Of a DNA stretch of 64,000 bases, positions 20,753 through 30,567 are shown in pieces. The position numbers were made by a program, and so were the translations under genes. This DNA comes from a virus (lineage: Duplodnaviria; Caudoviricetes): IMG/VR virus record IMGVR_UViG_3300028888_000052. One strand, 5' to 3'. Each line of letters opens with the position of its first letter. The stretch's first letter is position 1. The notes beneath the pieces are model-generated. The model did no database searches and was not told the origin of the DNA. It was given only the letters and a program-made list of their open reading frames with translations.

Positions 20753-21362
20753 ATTGATTAAGGCAGTCACCAAAGATTATATGCCTATTGCTAAGCGTGT
20801 CGCTGAAGCAAAGAAGAATGGTGACAAATTAGATGAAGAGATGGGTAAGGAATATTTTGAGCTTAGCAATACTCTTGAATTCTATAAGATTATTAAGGGT
20901 ATGTTTATGGAGGAAGTTACTAAGAACAAGAAGATGACACAAGATCTTATTGTTGCAGGACTTCTTACTACACATACAGAGCAAGCTGAAAAAGATGGCA
21001 AGAAGGTTGATGTTAATGTAGTTGACCAATCAATGGATGAACGTATTGACCTTGTTCCTGAGTCAGTATATCAACCAATGTTTGAAAAGATGGTTAAGAG
21101 TCATCTTGAAAATATTGAAACATTCAAAAAGCGTAATGATACAGAAAGTCTTGCTAAGGAAGAGCTCGAGTTAAATATCTTGAATGGTTGGTTGCCTAAA
21201 GAAACAACTAAAGAAGATGTAGAACAATATCTTAATGAATATTATCCATCAGGTATTGAAAAGAAATCAATGGGTCTTGTTATTAAAGAAGTCAAGAATG
21301 CATTTGATAGAGTAGATGGTAAGATGGTATCTCAATGTGTTATGGCAAAAATTGTAGGCTAA
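20736..21362 (+). CDS. GatB/YqeY domain protein
   Basis: KMVKSHLENIETF...EELELNILNGWLPK...MGLVIKEVK...VDGKMVS motifs. Confidence 0.8.
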   Translation: MMKINELIKAVTKDYMPIAKRVAEAKKNGDKLDEEMGKEYFELSNTLEFYKIIKGMFMEEVTKNKKMTQDLIVAGLLTTHTEQAEKDGKKVDVNVVDQSMDERIDLVPESVYQPMFEKMVKSHLENIETFKKRNDTESLAKEELELNILNGWLPKETTKEDVEQYLNEYYPSGIEKKSMGLVIKEVKNAFDRVDGKMVSQCVMAKIVG

Positions 21363-21383
21363 TAACAGACAAATTTTTGAATT

Positions 21384-21734
21384 ATGAAAAGAGAAGAAAT
21401 TTTATTTAATCATAGAAATAAAGTATTTACTGTAGTTCATCCACAAAATACATTTATTATTGATTATTCAAATGGTTATCCTGTTAAAGTTACTACAAAT
21501 GTAACTAAGAATACCAAATGGTCTGATATATTTAAAGGCAATTATGATTATGCTAATCCTAATGGAACTCCTGAAAATATTTTAGTAAATGGAAAGAAGT
21601 ATACTTATATTGATATGAAATATGCTGAAAACTATTTAGGATATGAATTTAAGGCTGATCTTTCTTGTACAGTTGAAAAATATAAGTCTAAATTTGATAA
21701 TGCAGTAGAAACTTTTTGTAAGAAAGTATTATGA
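21384..21734 (+). CDS. Hypothetical protein
   Basis: 116-aa ORF in operon. Confidence 0.7.
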   Translation: MKREEILFNHRNKVFTVVHPQNTFIIDYSNGYPVKVTTNVTKNTKWSDIFKGNYDYANPNGTPENILVNGKKYTYIDMKYAENYLGYEFKADLSCTVEKYKSKFDNAVETFCKKVL

Positions 21735-21759
21735 TTAGTTCAAAAATACATATTAAAGC

Positions 21760-21790
21760 TATAGCTCAGGTACTAAGTATCTGGGCTATA
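21760..21790 (+). terminator. Stem-loop, possible terminator
   Basis: tatagctcaggtac-taa-gtatctgggctata, 14-bp stem with two G-U pairs. Confidence 0.5.
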
Positions 21791-21831
21791 CTTGGTTTAT
21801 TATATTTTGTTTTAGTTAATTTTATTTGGCA

Positions 21832-22116
21832 ATGAAAAGTCTTAAAGATATTATAGAAGATAAATCTAAAGTGATTGATATTAATACTTCAGAATATGGT
21901 GTTAAGGTTGTAGACAAATACTTTAAGGAAATAGCTGCACCAGCTATAGAAGAGTGGATGACAAGTGAATATTCAAAGGTACTTCAATCTTGGTTGGAAG
22001 AATGTGCATTCCCAGAGTTTGAAGAATTATTGAAAAAAGAATGTTTTGGTGATCCAGATTATTCAAGAATTTCAGAAGGATTAATTAAAAAGATAAAAAC
22101 TTATACTTTTAGATAA
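21832..22116 (+). CDS. Hypothetical protein with CTS-like leader variant (MKSLKDIIE)
   Basis: ATG at 21832. Confidence 0.65.
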   Translation: MKSLKDIIEDKSKVIDINTSEYGVKVVDKYFKEIAAPAIEEWMTSEYSKVLQSWLEECAFPEFEELLKKECFGDPDYSRISEGLIKKIKTYTFR

Positions 22117-22195
22117 TTGTTAAAAATAATTAAATCCATTATTTTGAATATTTCTATTATCTATTTTAAGTATAAATAACTTAATCTTAATAATT

Positions 22196-23011
22196 ATGAG
22201 TAATAAAATTTTAGATCGTGAATTAGTCCTTAGTAAAGCAGTAGAGGATTGTTATCGTGAAATGTTCGCTAAAGCCCAACCAGCGGCTGATTATGACAAT
22301 TTGATAGCTGAATATAAAGCTGGTAAAATTGATGAAGAGAAAGATGGGCCAATTTATAATAGGCATTATCTTTCTATGGAAGAATATATTTATATTTTGG
22401 ATAAATATTTAGATGCTTATTGTATTAAATCTGAATGGAATGATCATATAGATATTCTAAAAGAATATTTGATTGAAGGTGGATCAAAAGATAAATATAT
22501 CGAAGAGCATACTGATGAAAATGGTGACTATCATCCAGGATATAGAGGATATGAAAAGGTGGCACCAATGTATGATCATATAAAAGAAATTTTATTCAAT
22601 GAGTTTGGTGAAAATTGGCATGAAATATTAGATAAGAAAGCTCATCAAATAACAAACAAAATAATAGAGCTTATCAATACATGTCAAGATTTCTATCATT
22701 TTAATATGGATGAATGCAAGTTTAGGAACACTTTAGCTATGGGAGCTACACCTACATCAAATGCTGAAACTGTAAAGAAATGGTGGAAAGATCATTATAA
22801 TGTTGATATTGAAATTGAAGAAAGAAACCCATTGCTTCTTTGGGAATATGATAACTATGGTGATGAGATGGATGAAATAATGACCGATGAATATGGAGAA
22901 AACTGGGAGCAAATTTGGTGGGATAAATATCATAAAAAAGAAGCTGAAAAGAAAGCTAAATATCAAGAATTAAAAAAACAATTAGAAAAAGAAAATGATA
23001 CAAAGGAGTGA
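22196..23011 (+). CDS. Hypothetical protein
   Basis: 271-aa ORF after a promoter-like intergenic region. Confidence 0.75.
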   Translation: MSNKILDRELVLSKAVEDCYREMFAKAQPAADYDNLIAEYKAGKIDEEKDGPIYNRHYLSMEEYIYILDKYLDAYCIKSEWNDHIDILKEYLIEGGSKDKYIEEHTDENGDYHPGYRGYEKVAPMYDHIKEILFNEFGENWHEILDKKAHQITNKIIELINTCQDFYHFNMDECKFRNTLAMGATPTSNAETVKKWWKDHYNVDIEIEERNPLLLWEYDNYGDEMDEIMTDEYGENWEQIWWDKYHKKEAEKKAKYQELKKQLEKENDTKE

Positions 23012-23189
23012 TATGATATCCGTCGAAAACTGTAATTCACAAGAAGAACTATTAAAGTTTTTGAATAAATTAGATAAGGAATATAATTTAGCACAAATTA
23101 TTATTTCAGTTATTAAAGATGGATTTGGACGATATGAAGTCTATTATAAAGATTATACAAAAGAAACAGCAGCAGATAGATTAATATGA
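22995..23189 (+). CDS. Small hypothetical protein
   Basis: Overlapping start and stop junctions. Confidence 0.6.
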   Translation: MIQRSDMISVENCNSQEELLKFLNKLDKEYNLAQIIISVIKDGFGRYEVYYKDYTKETAADRLI

Positions 23190-23899
23190 AAAATGAGTAT
23201 TTTCGTTTAGTTAAAATACATAATCATAATAAAGATGATTTTGAAATATTAGCTTGTATTAAGAAATATGATGATAGAGATATTTGGTTGACAATTTGTT
23301 GTCAATTTCTTGATACAAATGAATATGCTGAAGAATCACATAAAGATCCTTATGGGGCAATATATCATCTTGATTTGAAACACATGTTAAATGATGTAGC
23401 ACCTGATATTTTAGATAATTTTAAACCATTTATTATATCACATAATATAGATTTAAATCAAGATGATATTGCTATATATTTAGCATCTAGTCACGATTAT
23501 GCAAAGTTTGATGAACAATTTGATAATGAAATGAAATTTCTTGAGTACATGAATTCAGAATATTCAGAAATGGATAAGATGAGGAATATTACTCCAGAAA
23601 TTCTTTTAGAAGCGGGATTTGAATATTTAGAAGATGAATCAAAATTAGGTATAGAAGCAAACAAAATGAGTCCAGAAGTTTGTTCACCTAATTATAAAGT
23701 ATTTAGGAAATGGACCGAAGATAAAAATCCTTCTAAAGTTATCAAATTAGATATTGACAATGGTTATAATAATAGAGGTACAGGTTGGCATCTCCATATA
23801 GATAATAATGCTTGTGAAACCATTGGTTGTGCTGATATTGATACTGTTTGGGAATTCAATACTTTAATGCAAATATTTAAAAGCAAATTTAGATTATGA
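23186..23899 (+). CDS. Hypothetical protein
   Basis: ATGA coupling on both sides. Confidence 0.75.
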   Translation: MKNEYFRLVKIHNHNKDDFEILACIKKYDDRDIWLTICCQFLDTNEYAEESHKDPYGAIYHLDLKHMLNDVAPDILDNFKPFIISHNIDLNQDDIAIYLASSHDYAKFDEQFDNEMKFLEYMNSEYSEMDKMRNITPEILLEAGFEYLEDESKLGIEANKMSPEVCSPNYKVFRKWTEDKNPSKVIKLDIDNGYNNRGTGWHLHIDNNACETIGCADIDTVWEFNTLMQIFKSKFRL

Positions 23900-24114
23900 T
23901 AAAAGTTAAAGTTATAGATATTGATGGTTCTTGTGGTTGGAAAAAACAGTATTTAAATCCAGATAAAGAACCTAAATCATGGAGTGATAGTGCTTGGTAT
24001 GAAAGTCCAGTTTTAGAGAGATTCTTAAATGATGGTTGGGTTATTAAAGATTGGAAAATGGCTAAATCTAGAAATGGTTCAGATTGGACATTTATATTAG
24101 AAAAGGAATTATGA
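23896..24114 (+). CDS. Small hypothetical protein
   Basis: ATGA coupling. Confidence 0.7.
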   Translation: MIKVKVIDIDGSCGWKKQYLNPDKEPKSWSDSAWYESPVLERFLNDGWVIKDWKMAKSRNGSDWTFILEKEL

Positions 24115-24581
24115 TAAGGGATATGACAGAAGCTAAAGAAGGATTTTGCTTTTTTGGATTGTTTTTATGGTTTATGACTTCTTTTGTCATAGCTGGTGAA
24201 ACAGGACAATGTTGGCCTTTATTAGTAGGTTTATTTCTTTGTATTTGTATGTTGTTTTATCTATTTAAAACAAGAACATCAATTACTTGGGAGTCATTTA
24301 AATTAAGTTTAAGAAAACATTATAAACTGACACCAGAAGAAAGACCATTATGGGATAGTTTAGTTCAAAAAGCTAATATAGGTTATAAAGAGTGGTTAGC
24401 CCAAACACAAGGGGATGATATATGTGGCCCTTGGATTAAAGATTATACCAAAGAAGAAAATGATTTATTGGATAAAATACATGAGTATTTTTATGGTACA
24501 GGATGGTATATTTCCATTCCTATTAGTACATCTCAAGTAAATTATGTGATGTATGAAGATATAAAAGATAGAGTAATATAA
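24111..24581 (+). CDS. Membrane protein with two N-terminal TM helices
   Basis: ATGA overlap gives start 24111; hydrophobic segments. Confidence 0.7.
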   Translation: MIRDMTEAKEGFCFFGLFLWFMTSFVIAGETGQCWPLLVGLFLCICMLFYLFKTRTSITWESFKLSLRKHYKLTPEERPLWDSLVQKANIGYKEWLAQTQGDDICGPWIKDYTKEENDLLDKIHEYFYGTGWYISIPISTSQVNYVMYEDIKDRVI

Positions 24582-24582
24582 T

Positions 24583-25146
24583 ATGGAAAGACCTAAAGTT
24601 AATTGGCCCCATCAAAATATTTATGATGAGATTAATGATAAATTATGGAATGATCAAACATTGATACATGAATATCAAAGAATGTACCAAGATACTATGG
24701 TTAATCATTATAGTAGAATCCAAAGAGATGAATTATGGGAACAATTAAAAGAGAAATTAGATAGATTCCATCTTGATTTTATTGATAGTTATGAAAAAAT
24801 AGTTAAAGCTATTGTTTCCAATTATATGTTTGAATATAAAAACAAATTTATATTAGAAAGAATAAATCAAGATTTAGAAATAAATTTAAGGAATTTTATC
24901 AATGAATGGAAACAATATTTATCTCCTCTGAAAACATTAGATGCATTATTGGATGTTTTACCACAAGAAGATTGGCTAATGTTGAAATGTTCTGATACAA
25001 TTCCATCCTTTGTAGATGATAATTATAATGATGAATTAGTAATTTATACTAGATATACTTGGAAATTCCTATTTAATGAATTAGGAGTTACCTATAAAGA
25101 TATTTGTAATAAAATTAAAGAAAAATATGGTAGAATACGGGGCTGA
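24583..25146 (+). CDS. Hypothetical protein
   Basis: 187-aa ORF in operon. Confidence 0.7.
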   Translation: MERPKVNWPHQNIYDEINDKLWNDQTLIHEYQRMYQDTMVNHYSRIQRDELWEQLKEKLDRFHLDFIDSYEKIVKAIVSNYMFEYKNKFILERINQDLEINLRNFINEWKQYLSPLKTLDALLDVLPQEDWLMLKCSDTIPSFVDDNYNDELVIYTRYTWKFLFNELGVTYKDICNKIKEKYGRIRG

Positions 25147-25678
25147 TAAATATTATAATAAATTAAATGGTGGCAAAGTTATTGCTATTGATTTTGATAA
25201 TACAGTATGTTTAGATGAATGGCCAGAAGTTGGACCATTATTTGAAGATGCAGTTAAAGTATTAAAAGAATTAACAAAAAATGGCCATCATTTAATTCTT
25301 TATACTCAAAGAAGTAGAAGATATCCTATATGTTGTAAAGAATTAGAACAATTTATTAAAGATTATCCTGAAAGGAAAATCATTGATACTGAATATGGAT
25401 TTCTTAGAAATGAAGCGGATATTTTAACTGATGCTTATAATATATTTACGGATAATTGTATTGAACTATGGGATTGTAATAGAAATTTTGAGTGGGAAAC
25501 TTTATCAGCAGATCATTCTCGTAAATTATTTGCAGACTATTTTATAGATGATCATAATGTTGGAATGCAATATAAAATAATTGTAAATAAAAATGGTGAA
25601 TCTTGTAAAGTTTGTGATTGGAATTTTATTGATGATTGGTTTGTAAAGGAAGGTCTTTATAAAAATAAAGTATTATAA
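25127..25678 (+). CDS. HAD-superfamily phosphatase/nucleotidase
   Basis: IAIDFDNT motif I, LILYTQR motif II, K..ADYFIDD motifs III/IV. Confidence 0.85.
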   Translation: MVEYGADKYYNKLNGGKVIAIDFDNTVCLDEWPEVGPLFEDAVKVLKELTKNGHHLILYTQRSRRYPICCKELEQFIKDYPERKIIDTEYGFLRNEADILTDAYNIFTDNCIELWDCNRNFEWETLSADHSRKLFADYFIDDHNVGMQYKIIVNKNGESCKVCDWNFIDDWFVKEGLYKNKVL

Positions 25679-25680
25679 TT

Positions 25681-25908
25681 ATGGAAGAGAAAAGATTTAA
25701 TATTTATCATTGGGAGTTTTTTATACAAGATGGTGAAATTTATGTATATGACATTAGAGAGGGTGATGTCATTGGTTATATTATGAATAAATGTTTGCCA
25801 CAAAGTTTACCTAAATATTTAGATGAAATACAAAAAACATTTATTGATAATAATATGAGTGAAGAAGATGTATATGATTGGATAGATAATCAAATTGAAT
25901 ATTTATAA
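25681..25908 (+). CDS. Hypothetical protein
   Basis: Operon spacing. Confidence 0.65.
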   Translation: MEEKRFNIYHWEFFIQDGEIYVYDIREGDVIGYIMNKCLPQSLPKYLDEIQKTFIDNNMSEEDVYDWIDNQIEYL

Positions 25909-25910
25909 TT

Positions 25911-26564
25911 ATGGCATATTTTGAAAATAAAGATGAAACATTATTAAATCAATTGTATGAGTGGCAAGATAAAGATTTAGATGATATACCAGTAACTGAA
26001 TTATCGAATTTACAATATATTTTAGAGCATTTACCAATAGGTGTTGGATATACTCTTAAATCTAAACTTGGTAAATTTGAATATATTGATGATTATTGCT
26101 ATCAAAGACAAGATAAATATTTTGAAGCAACTGAAGAAGACTATAAAAAGTTGATTGGTGAATGCTTTATAAATGATAGGCAAACAGTTGCTATGAAAGT
26201 TGTCGGAATTAGGGATGACTATGATAATCCTTATTATGAAAGTGATCATCATGTAGATAATTTTCTTTATGAGAAATATGAAAAATATAGAGATGGGTCA
26301 TGGCATCAACAAGATTATATTTGGCTTCAAGAAACAGTTTATGGAAAACATTCAGATGAAAAATATAAACGTTGGTGTTTAACTAAGCAAACTGATATGA
26401 ACATCAATAGTGAAAATATGTTCATGCTTGGAAAAGATGGTAATTTCTATATTGATACATCTTGTGGTGGTGATTACGAAATTTATCGACCAATGAGTAA
26501 AGCTACATTTGAGCTTATAAGAGAAGAAGCTATTAAGAATGATGGAGAATATAAAGTAGAATAA
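25911..26564 (+). CDS. Hypothetical protein
   Basis: Operon spacing. Confidence 0.72.
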   Translation: MAYFENKDETLLNQLYEWQDKDLDDIPVTELSNLQYILEHLPIGVGYTLKSKLGKFEYIDDYCYQRQDKYFEATEEDYKKLIGECFINDRQTVAMKVVGIRDDYDNPYYESDHHVDNFLYEKYEKYRDGSWHQQDYIWLQETVYGKHSDEKYKRWCLTKQTDMNINSENMFMLGKDGNFYIDTSCGGDYEIYRPMSKATFELIREEAIKNDGEYKVE

Positions 26565-26565
26565 T

Positions 26566-26820
26566 ATGAAGAATATTTATTGTATTGAAAAATGGTGGCT
26601 TGAAGACCAGAATATTCATAATAAATTTAATAATAATTGTGAATTTTGGAATTGTATTGAAGAACCTTGGAAAATAGGTTGTTGGAATTTTGTGGAAGAA
26701 TATGAGGATGAAGAAAGATTTAAAAATGATATTTTAAGTATTATCAATAGAGGTGGTATTATTGGTAAAGTTTGGATTAAAGAAGTAGATGATGATTATA
26801 AACCTTCAATAAAAATATAA
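26566..26820 (+). CDS. Hypothetical protein
   Basis: Operon spacing. Confidence 0.65.
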   Translation: MKNIYCIEKWWLEDQNIHNKFNNNCEFWNCIEEPWKIGCWNFVEEYEDEERFKNDILSIINRGGIIGKVWIKEVDDDYKPSIKI

Positions 26821-26821
26821 T

Positions 26822-27076
26822 ATGGAAAAAGAGAAAATATATTCACTAATTCAATTAGGATATAAAATAAGAGAACCAAGGGTTAAACTTGGTACGGAAT
26901 TTCATGCTTACTATCAAACACCAAAAGGTCTTAAAATGGTAGATGGTTATGTGATGAATAATAATATGATACATTTTGCTACATTAGAGCCAATGTATAC
27001 TATTATGACAGATGATGTTGACGAAATAGGTAGAAAAGTAATTTTAGATGGTGTACCAGAATCTTTATTTCTTTAA
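26822..27076 (+). CDS. Hypothetical protein
   Basis: Operon spacing. Confidence 0.65.
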   Translation: MEKEKIYSLIQLGYKIREPRVKLGTEFHAYYQTPKGLKMVDGYVMNNNMIHFATLEPMYTIMTDDVDEIGRKVILDGVPESLFL

Positions 27077-27093
27077 TTATTTTTAAAAAATAT

Positions 27094-27417
27094 ATGAAGA
27101 CTGATATGCAATCTATAGTTGATTTTATACTTAAAGAAGAATTAGTTAAACAATCTTTATATGAACAAAAGGGAGAACCTATTGATGACCAATGGATTCA
27201 AGACGAAAAACCAGTTATGACTAAAGATGGTCGTCAAGCTATTGTAACTAAAGTTGATTATAAAGAAGTACCTAATATTATATATGGTCAAGTCAAGATT
27301 AAAGATGACCTTTTTGAATATGAGTGGTTAGATGATGGTACTTGTCAAAAAGCTTTAGACCAAAGAGGTAATCCTAAAAAACCAGATGAATCTGACAATT
27401 TGGTTAAAGCTAATTAA
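27094..27417 (+). CDS. Hypothetical protein, weak CTS-like N-terminus
   Basis: MQSIVDFILKE; preceded by TTATTTTTA. Confidence 0.65.
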   Translation: MKTDMQSIVDFILKEELVKQSLYEQKGEPIDDQWIQDEKPVMTKDGRQAIVTKVDYKEVPNIIYGQVKIKDDLFEYEWLDDGTCQKALDQRGNPKKPDESDNLVKAN

Positions 27418-27562
27418 AATTTTTTATTAAAAGTTTGAATAACAGATAGTTTACCTACTATATTATTAATATAATTTAACATAATATTTAATAATTGTTA
27501 AATTTTGATATTCGTTTTATTGTTTAACCGGACTAATTTGCAGTCCACAAAACTTAAATTTA

Positions 27563-28651
27563 ATGGCAAATAATTATAAAAATAACAATCGTCTTTTAAC
27601 TGCTGCAGATATTTATGGTGATGATGATTTTCCATTGTTCAAGAATGATGCCGAGCGTCTTAAGTACATGAAGAAAGCTTATGGAAATATGTCACTTGCT
27701 AAATCATTCTCAATTTTCTATGGAATTGAAGTATCTAATGAAGTTAAGCAGAATAAGGCAATTAACACTGTAGTTAACATCTCTCTTGGTCAAATTCTTT
27801 CAGGTACAGTAAAAGAACTTACAAAGACTTATATCACATTTGATATTCCTGGGGTTAAGGAAGAAATTATTTGTAAGGAGAATTTCTCTTCATGTATTGA
27901 TGAGATTCAGGCTTATCTTTTAAGCCATGGTAATAAGTTGATTTTTGAAGTACGTGAAAAGAAAGACAATCGTTATATTGTATCAGTAATTGGTGCATAT
28001 TATAAGGCGTGGGTTGAGAATGTTAATAAAGCAATTCAACGTGAGGAAGGTATCAATGTTCATATTGATTCATTAGTACAAGGTGGTTATCTTTGCCACA
28101 CTCCAATTGTAACACTTAATAATCTTACTGGAAAGAATTATACTCATTCAGTATTTATTCCTGGATCTCATATCGTTCTTAATATTGAACGAGATTTTGA
28201 TAAGTGGATTGGTCAAGATGTAGTAATTGTTCCACAGAAGTTTGTTGAATTCCGTAAGAATTTCAAGACTGGTGAAACGGAGAATTCACTTGTAGGTTCT
28301 CGTAAGAGAGTTCTTCAAATACTTGGTACTAAGAATTTATTTGATATTTATCAGAAGTATTTGCTTGGACAAAATGAAAATGTAACATATACTCCAGAAG
28401 TTTATAATGGAACAGTTACAGGTGTAATTAATTCTCAAAAGAAGACAGGTGTCTTTATTGAGCTTGATGACAAGTATATTACTGGTCTTATGCCAATTGA
28501 TGCATCAGATTTACTTGATTATCGTCCTGGAACACCAGTACGTGTAAGAATTAAGGAATTTGAAATACAAGATGGAAAGGAAGCCTTCGTAACTAATAAA
28601 CGAGGTGCAATTGTAAAATGTAATACTCGTCCAGTTTTTGAATTGGCTTAA
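27563..28651 (+). CDS. Ribosomal protein S1-like multi-S1-domain RNA-binding protein
   Basis: About three S1/OB repeats: LGQILSGTVKEL, GGYLC..VFIPGSHI, YNGTVTGV..GVFIEL..GLMP. Confidence 0.75.
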   Translation: MANNYKNNNRLLTAADIYGDDDFPLFKNDAERLKYMKKAYGNMSLAKSFSIFYGIEVSNEVKQNKAINTVVNISLGQILSGTVKELTKTYITFDIPGVKEEIICKENFSSCIDEIQAYLLSHGNKLIFEVREKKDNRYIVSVIGAYYKAWVENVNKAIQREEGINVHIDSLVQGGYLCHTPIVTLNNLTGKNYTHSVFIPGSHIVLNIERDFDKWIGQDVVIVPQKFVEFRKNFKTGETENSLVGSRKRVLQILGTKNLFDIYQKYLLGQNENVTYTPEVYNGTVTGVINSQKKTGVFIELDDKYITGLMPIDASDLLDYRPGTPVRVRIKEFEIQDGKEAFVTNKRGAIVKCNTRPVFELA

Positions 28652-28665
28652 TAATATAAACAAAT

Positions 28666-28690
28666 GAGCTGTAACTTTTAGTTACAGCTC
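28666..28690. terminator. Bidirectional intrinsic terminator between convergent genes
   Basis: gagctgtaac-tttta-gttacagctc perfect 10-bp stem. Confidence 0.85.
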
Positions 28691-28699
28691 TTTATTTTA

Positions 28700-29078
28700 T
28701 TCTGGTATTAATTCAGGATGTTGTATTGTATTATATTACTTCAGAACAACCTTGTTAAATATATTTTGCAATATATGTAAAGCTTACTTCTTTACCACCA
28801 TATGAAGCAGTAACAGTAACTTCAGTATCTTCATAAACAATAGGAGCAGTAACTCGATTAACATTAATTGAACCAGCACTTACTGTAATAGTAGCTTCAT
28901 TAGATACATTTTCTATTGTACCATCATTATAATGTGCAAAAATTGTGCCCATATTTGTTAACCAATCAGTTTCTCCTGAATTTATTTCATTATGGCCTTG
29001 GTCAATAGAACCATCCCAAGTTAATTCTTCCAAAATTTTTTCTTCCGGTATTAATTCAGGATGTTGTACTGTATTATA
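28700..29078 (-). repeat. 36-bp direct repeat pair (28700-28735 and 29043-29078) flanking an Ig-like domain
   Basis: 34/36 identical; both read YNT(V/I)QHPELIPE on the minus strand. Confidence 0.9.
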
Positions 29079-30023
29079 ATAAATATCACCTTCAGTAACA
29101 TGTTTTAATTGAACATTTAAATGATTTTTATCAATAATATTTTGTAATACAGAATTAATTTGGCTATAGAATTTATAAGATCTATAAATAATTCTCTTAG
29201 CTTTCCATTCAGAATTAGTATAATATAAATCAGCTTTAATGATAGAACCAATAACTATTAATACATTAACTATCTTAGCTTGTACTTTACTAATCTTATC
29301 ACCTATATCAGAAATTGTTGCTCCATATTCTTCTATATATTTAATAATATTTTCTTTTTCGTCTTGTATGAATGTATAGAATGAAATAAGTAATGAAGTC
29401 AATGTTAATAAATCACCTGCTTTTTCAGGATTTTGGTCATCATATAAATCTTTACCAGTAAGATCTTTATATCTTACTAATGTCCATTTTCCTAAAATTG
29501 CTTGGAATGCATCATCGTAATATTTCACTTTACCTGTTTGATAATTGTATTCCATTAATATATCATTTTGTGTAGAGCTTACTAATTCTTGTACACCAGT
29601 AGAATTATCTAATATAGATGTATCTGCTAATATAATATGATCACCAGTATATGAATCACCTTCATCAAAACTAAAATAACTTCTAAATAATTCAGCACCA
29701 TCTACTTTAATTCCATTAGTACCGCTAATTGATGGTTTATAATTTTCAACTTTAAGATTAAAATTATTTTTTATGCAATAATAGTTTTGTATGAATAATT
29801 CAATTTCTTCTGATAAATCACTTTCTGATAAAGCTGCCATTACCGCTTCAATATCATCTAAGTAAGTAACATTATTGACATTTTTAATTCTCAATAATTC
29901 AGCTTGCATATATTCAGCATGTTCAACACTTAATTCTAATTTCTTAAGTTCTTTATTATATTCCTTATTTTTATCTTTAGCATCTTTAAGGATTTCTGCT
30001 AATTTTCCTAAGAATAGTTGCAT
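28755..30023 (-). CDS. Hypothetical protein with C-terminal Ig-like domain
   Basis: C-terminal AHYNDGT.ENVS..AT...VTVTASYGGK, Big-type Ig pattern. Confidence 0.7.
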   Translation of the reverse strand: MQLFLGKLAEILKDAKDKNKEYNKELKKLELSVEHAEYMQAELLRIKNVNNVTYLDDIEAVMAALSESDLSEEIELFIQNYYCIKNNFNLKVENYKPSISGTNGIKVDGAELFRSYFSFDEGDSYTGDHIILADTSILDNSTGVQELVSSTQNDILMEYNYQTGKVKYYDDAFQAILGKWTLVRYKDLTGKDLYDDQNPEKAGDLLTLTSLLISFYTFIQDEKENIIKYIEEYGATISDIGDKISKVQAKIVNVLIVIGSIIKADLYYTNSEWKAKRIIYRSYKFYSQINSVLQNIIDKNHLNVQLKHVTEGDIYYNTVQHPELIPEEKILEELTWDGSIDQGHNEINSGETDWLTNMGTIFAHYNDGTIENVSNEATITVSAGSINVNRVTAPIVYEDTEVTVTASYGGKEVSFTYIAKYI

Positions 30024-30038
30024 ATATTAATATAATAT

Positions 30039-30479
30039 TTATTTACTGTAAAGATATAATATTTGGTTTACTTTAGAATAAGGTAATGAAACATGAATCC
30101 AATTAGGTTCTTTCTTAGTACCATATTCCCAAATAAGTTGTCCAACTTTAATTTCTCCTTTTTGAATCATTTCTTTGATAATATTAAACAATACAGCTTT
30201 TGAAGTAGCAGTACATTTAATATCGGCAGCACAACCAGACATATGTTGAGAATTTTTTACACCACCAATAGCACTATTAAGTTTAGGACATCTATATCCT
30301 GATGTAATTGTAATTGCTCTCCCATATTTGTTTCTAATTGGTTGTAAAACTTCTTGGCAAAGTTTTTCTAAATTAGCAACAACTTCTGGTGTTGGTGTAT
30401 TGTCAATTCTTTTATCTCTGGCAGTTTTACTCGCTATTAATTCTTCTAAAGAGAAATTAGCACTTAATTTTTTTGCCAT
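30039..30479 (-). CDS. Endolysin, peptidase M15A family
   Basis: ITSGYRC..LN..IGG..NSQHM.G.AADI...WIHVS zinc-peptidase motifs. Confidence 0.9.
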   Translation of the reverse strand: MAKKLSANFSLEELIASKTARDKRIDNTPTPEVVANLEKLCQEVLQPIRNKYGRAITITSGYRCPKLNSAIGGVKNSQHMSGCAADIKCTATSKAVLFNIIKEMIQKGEIKVGQLIWEYGTKKEPNWIHVSLPYSKVNQILYLYSK

Positions 30480-30538
30480 AAAAGACTAAGATTATTTATT
30501 AAAAATAATAACCATCATTTAAAATAAATATAATAAAA

Positions 30539-30562
30539 AATGGAAGCTGAAAAGCTTCCATT
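30539..30562 (-). terminator. Intrinsic terminator
   Basis: aatggaagct-gaaa-agcttccatt preceded by an A-run on the + strand. Confidence 0.75.
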
Positions 30563-30567
30563 GTAAT

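Noticed and set aside
21731-21835. 34-aa hydrophobic ORF MISSKIHIKAIAQVLSIWAILGLLYFVLVNFIWQ
   Set aside because: It has ATGA overlaps at both ends but coincides with a terminator-like hairpin and T-rich DNA; cannot be supported or excluded
28700-29078. Diversity-generating retroelement TR/VR pair (both mismatches are A in the non-coding copy)
   Set aside because: Only 36 bp and two differences; no reverse transcriptase in the window; AT drift explains it
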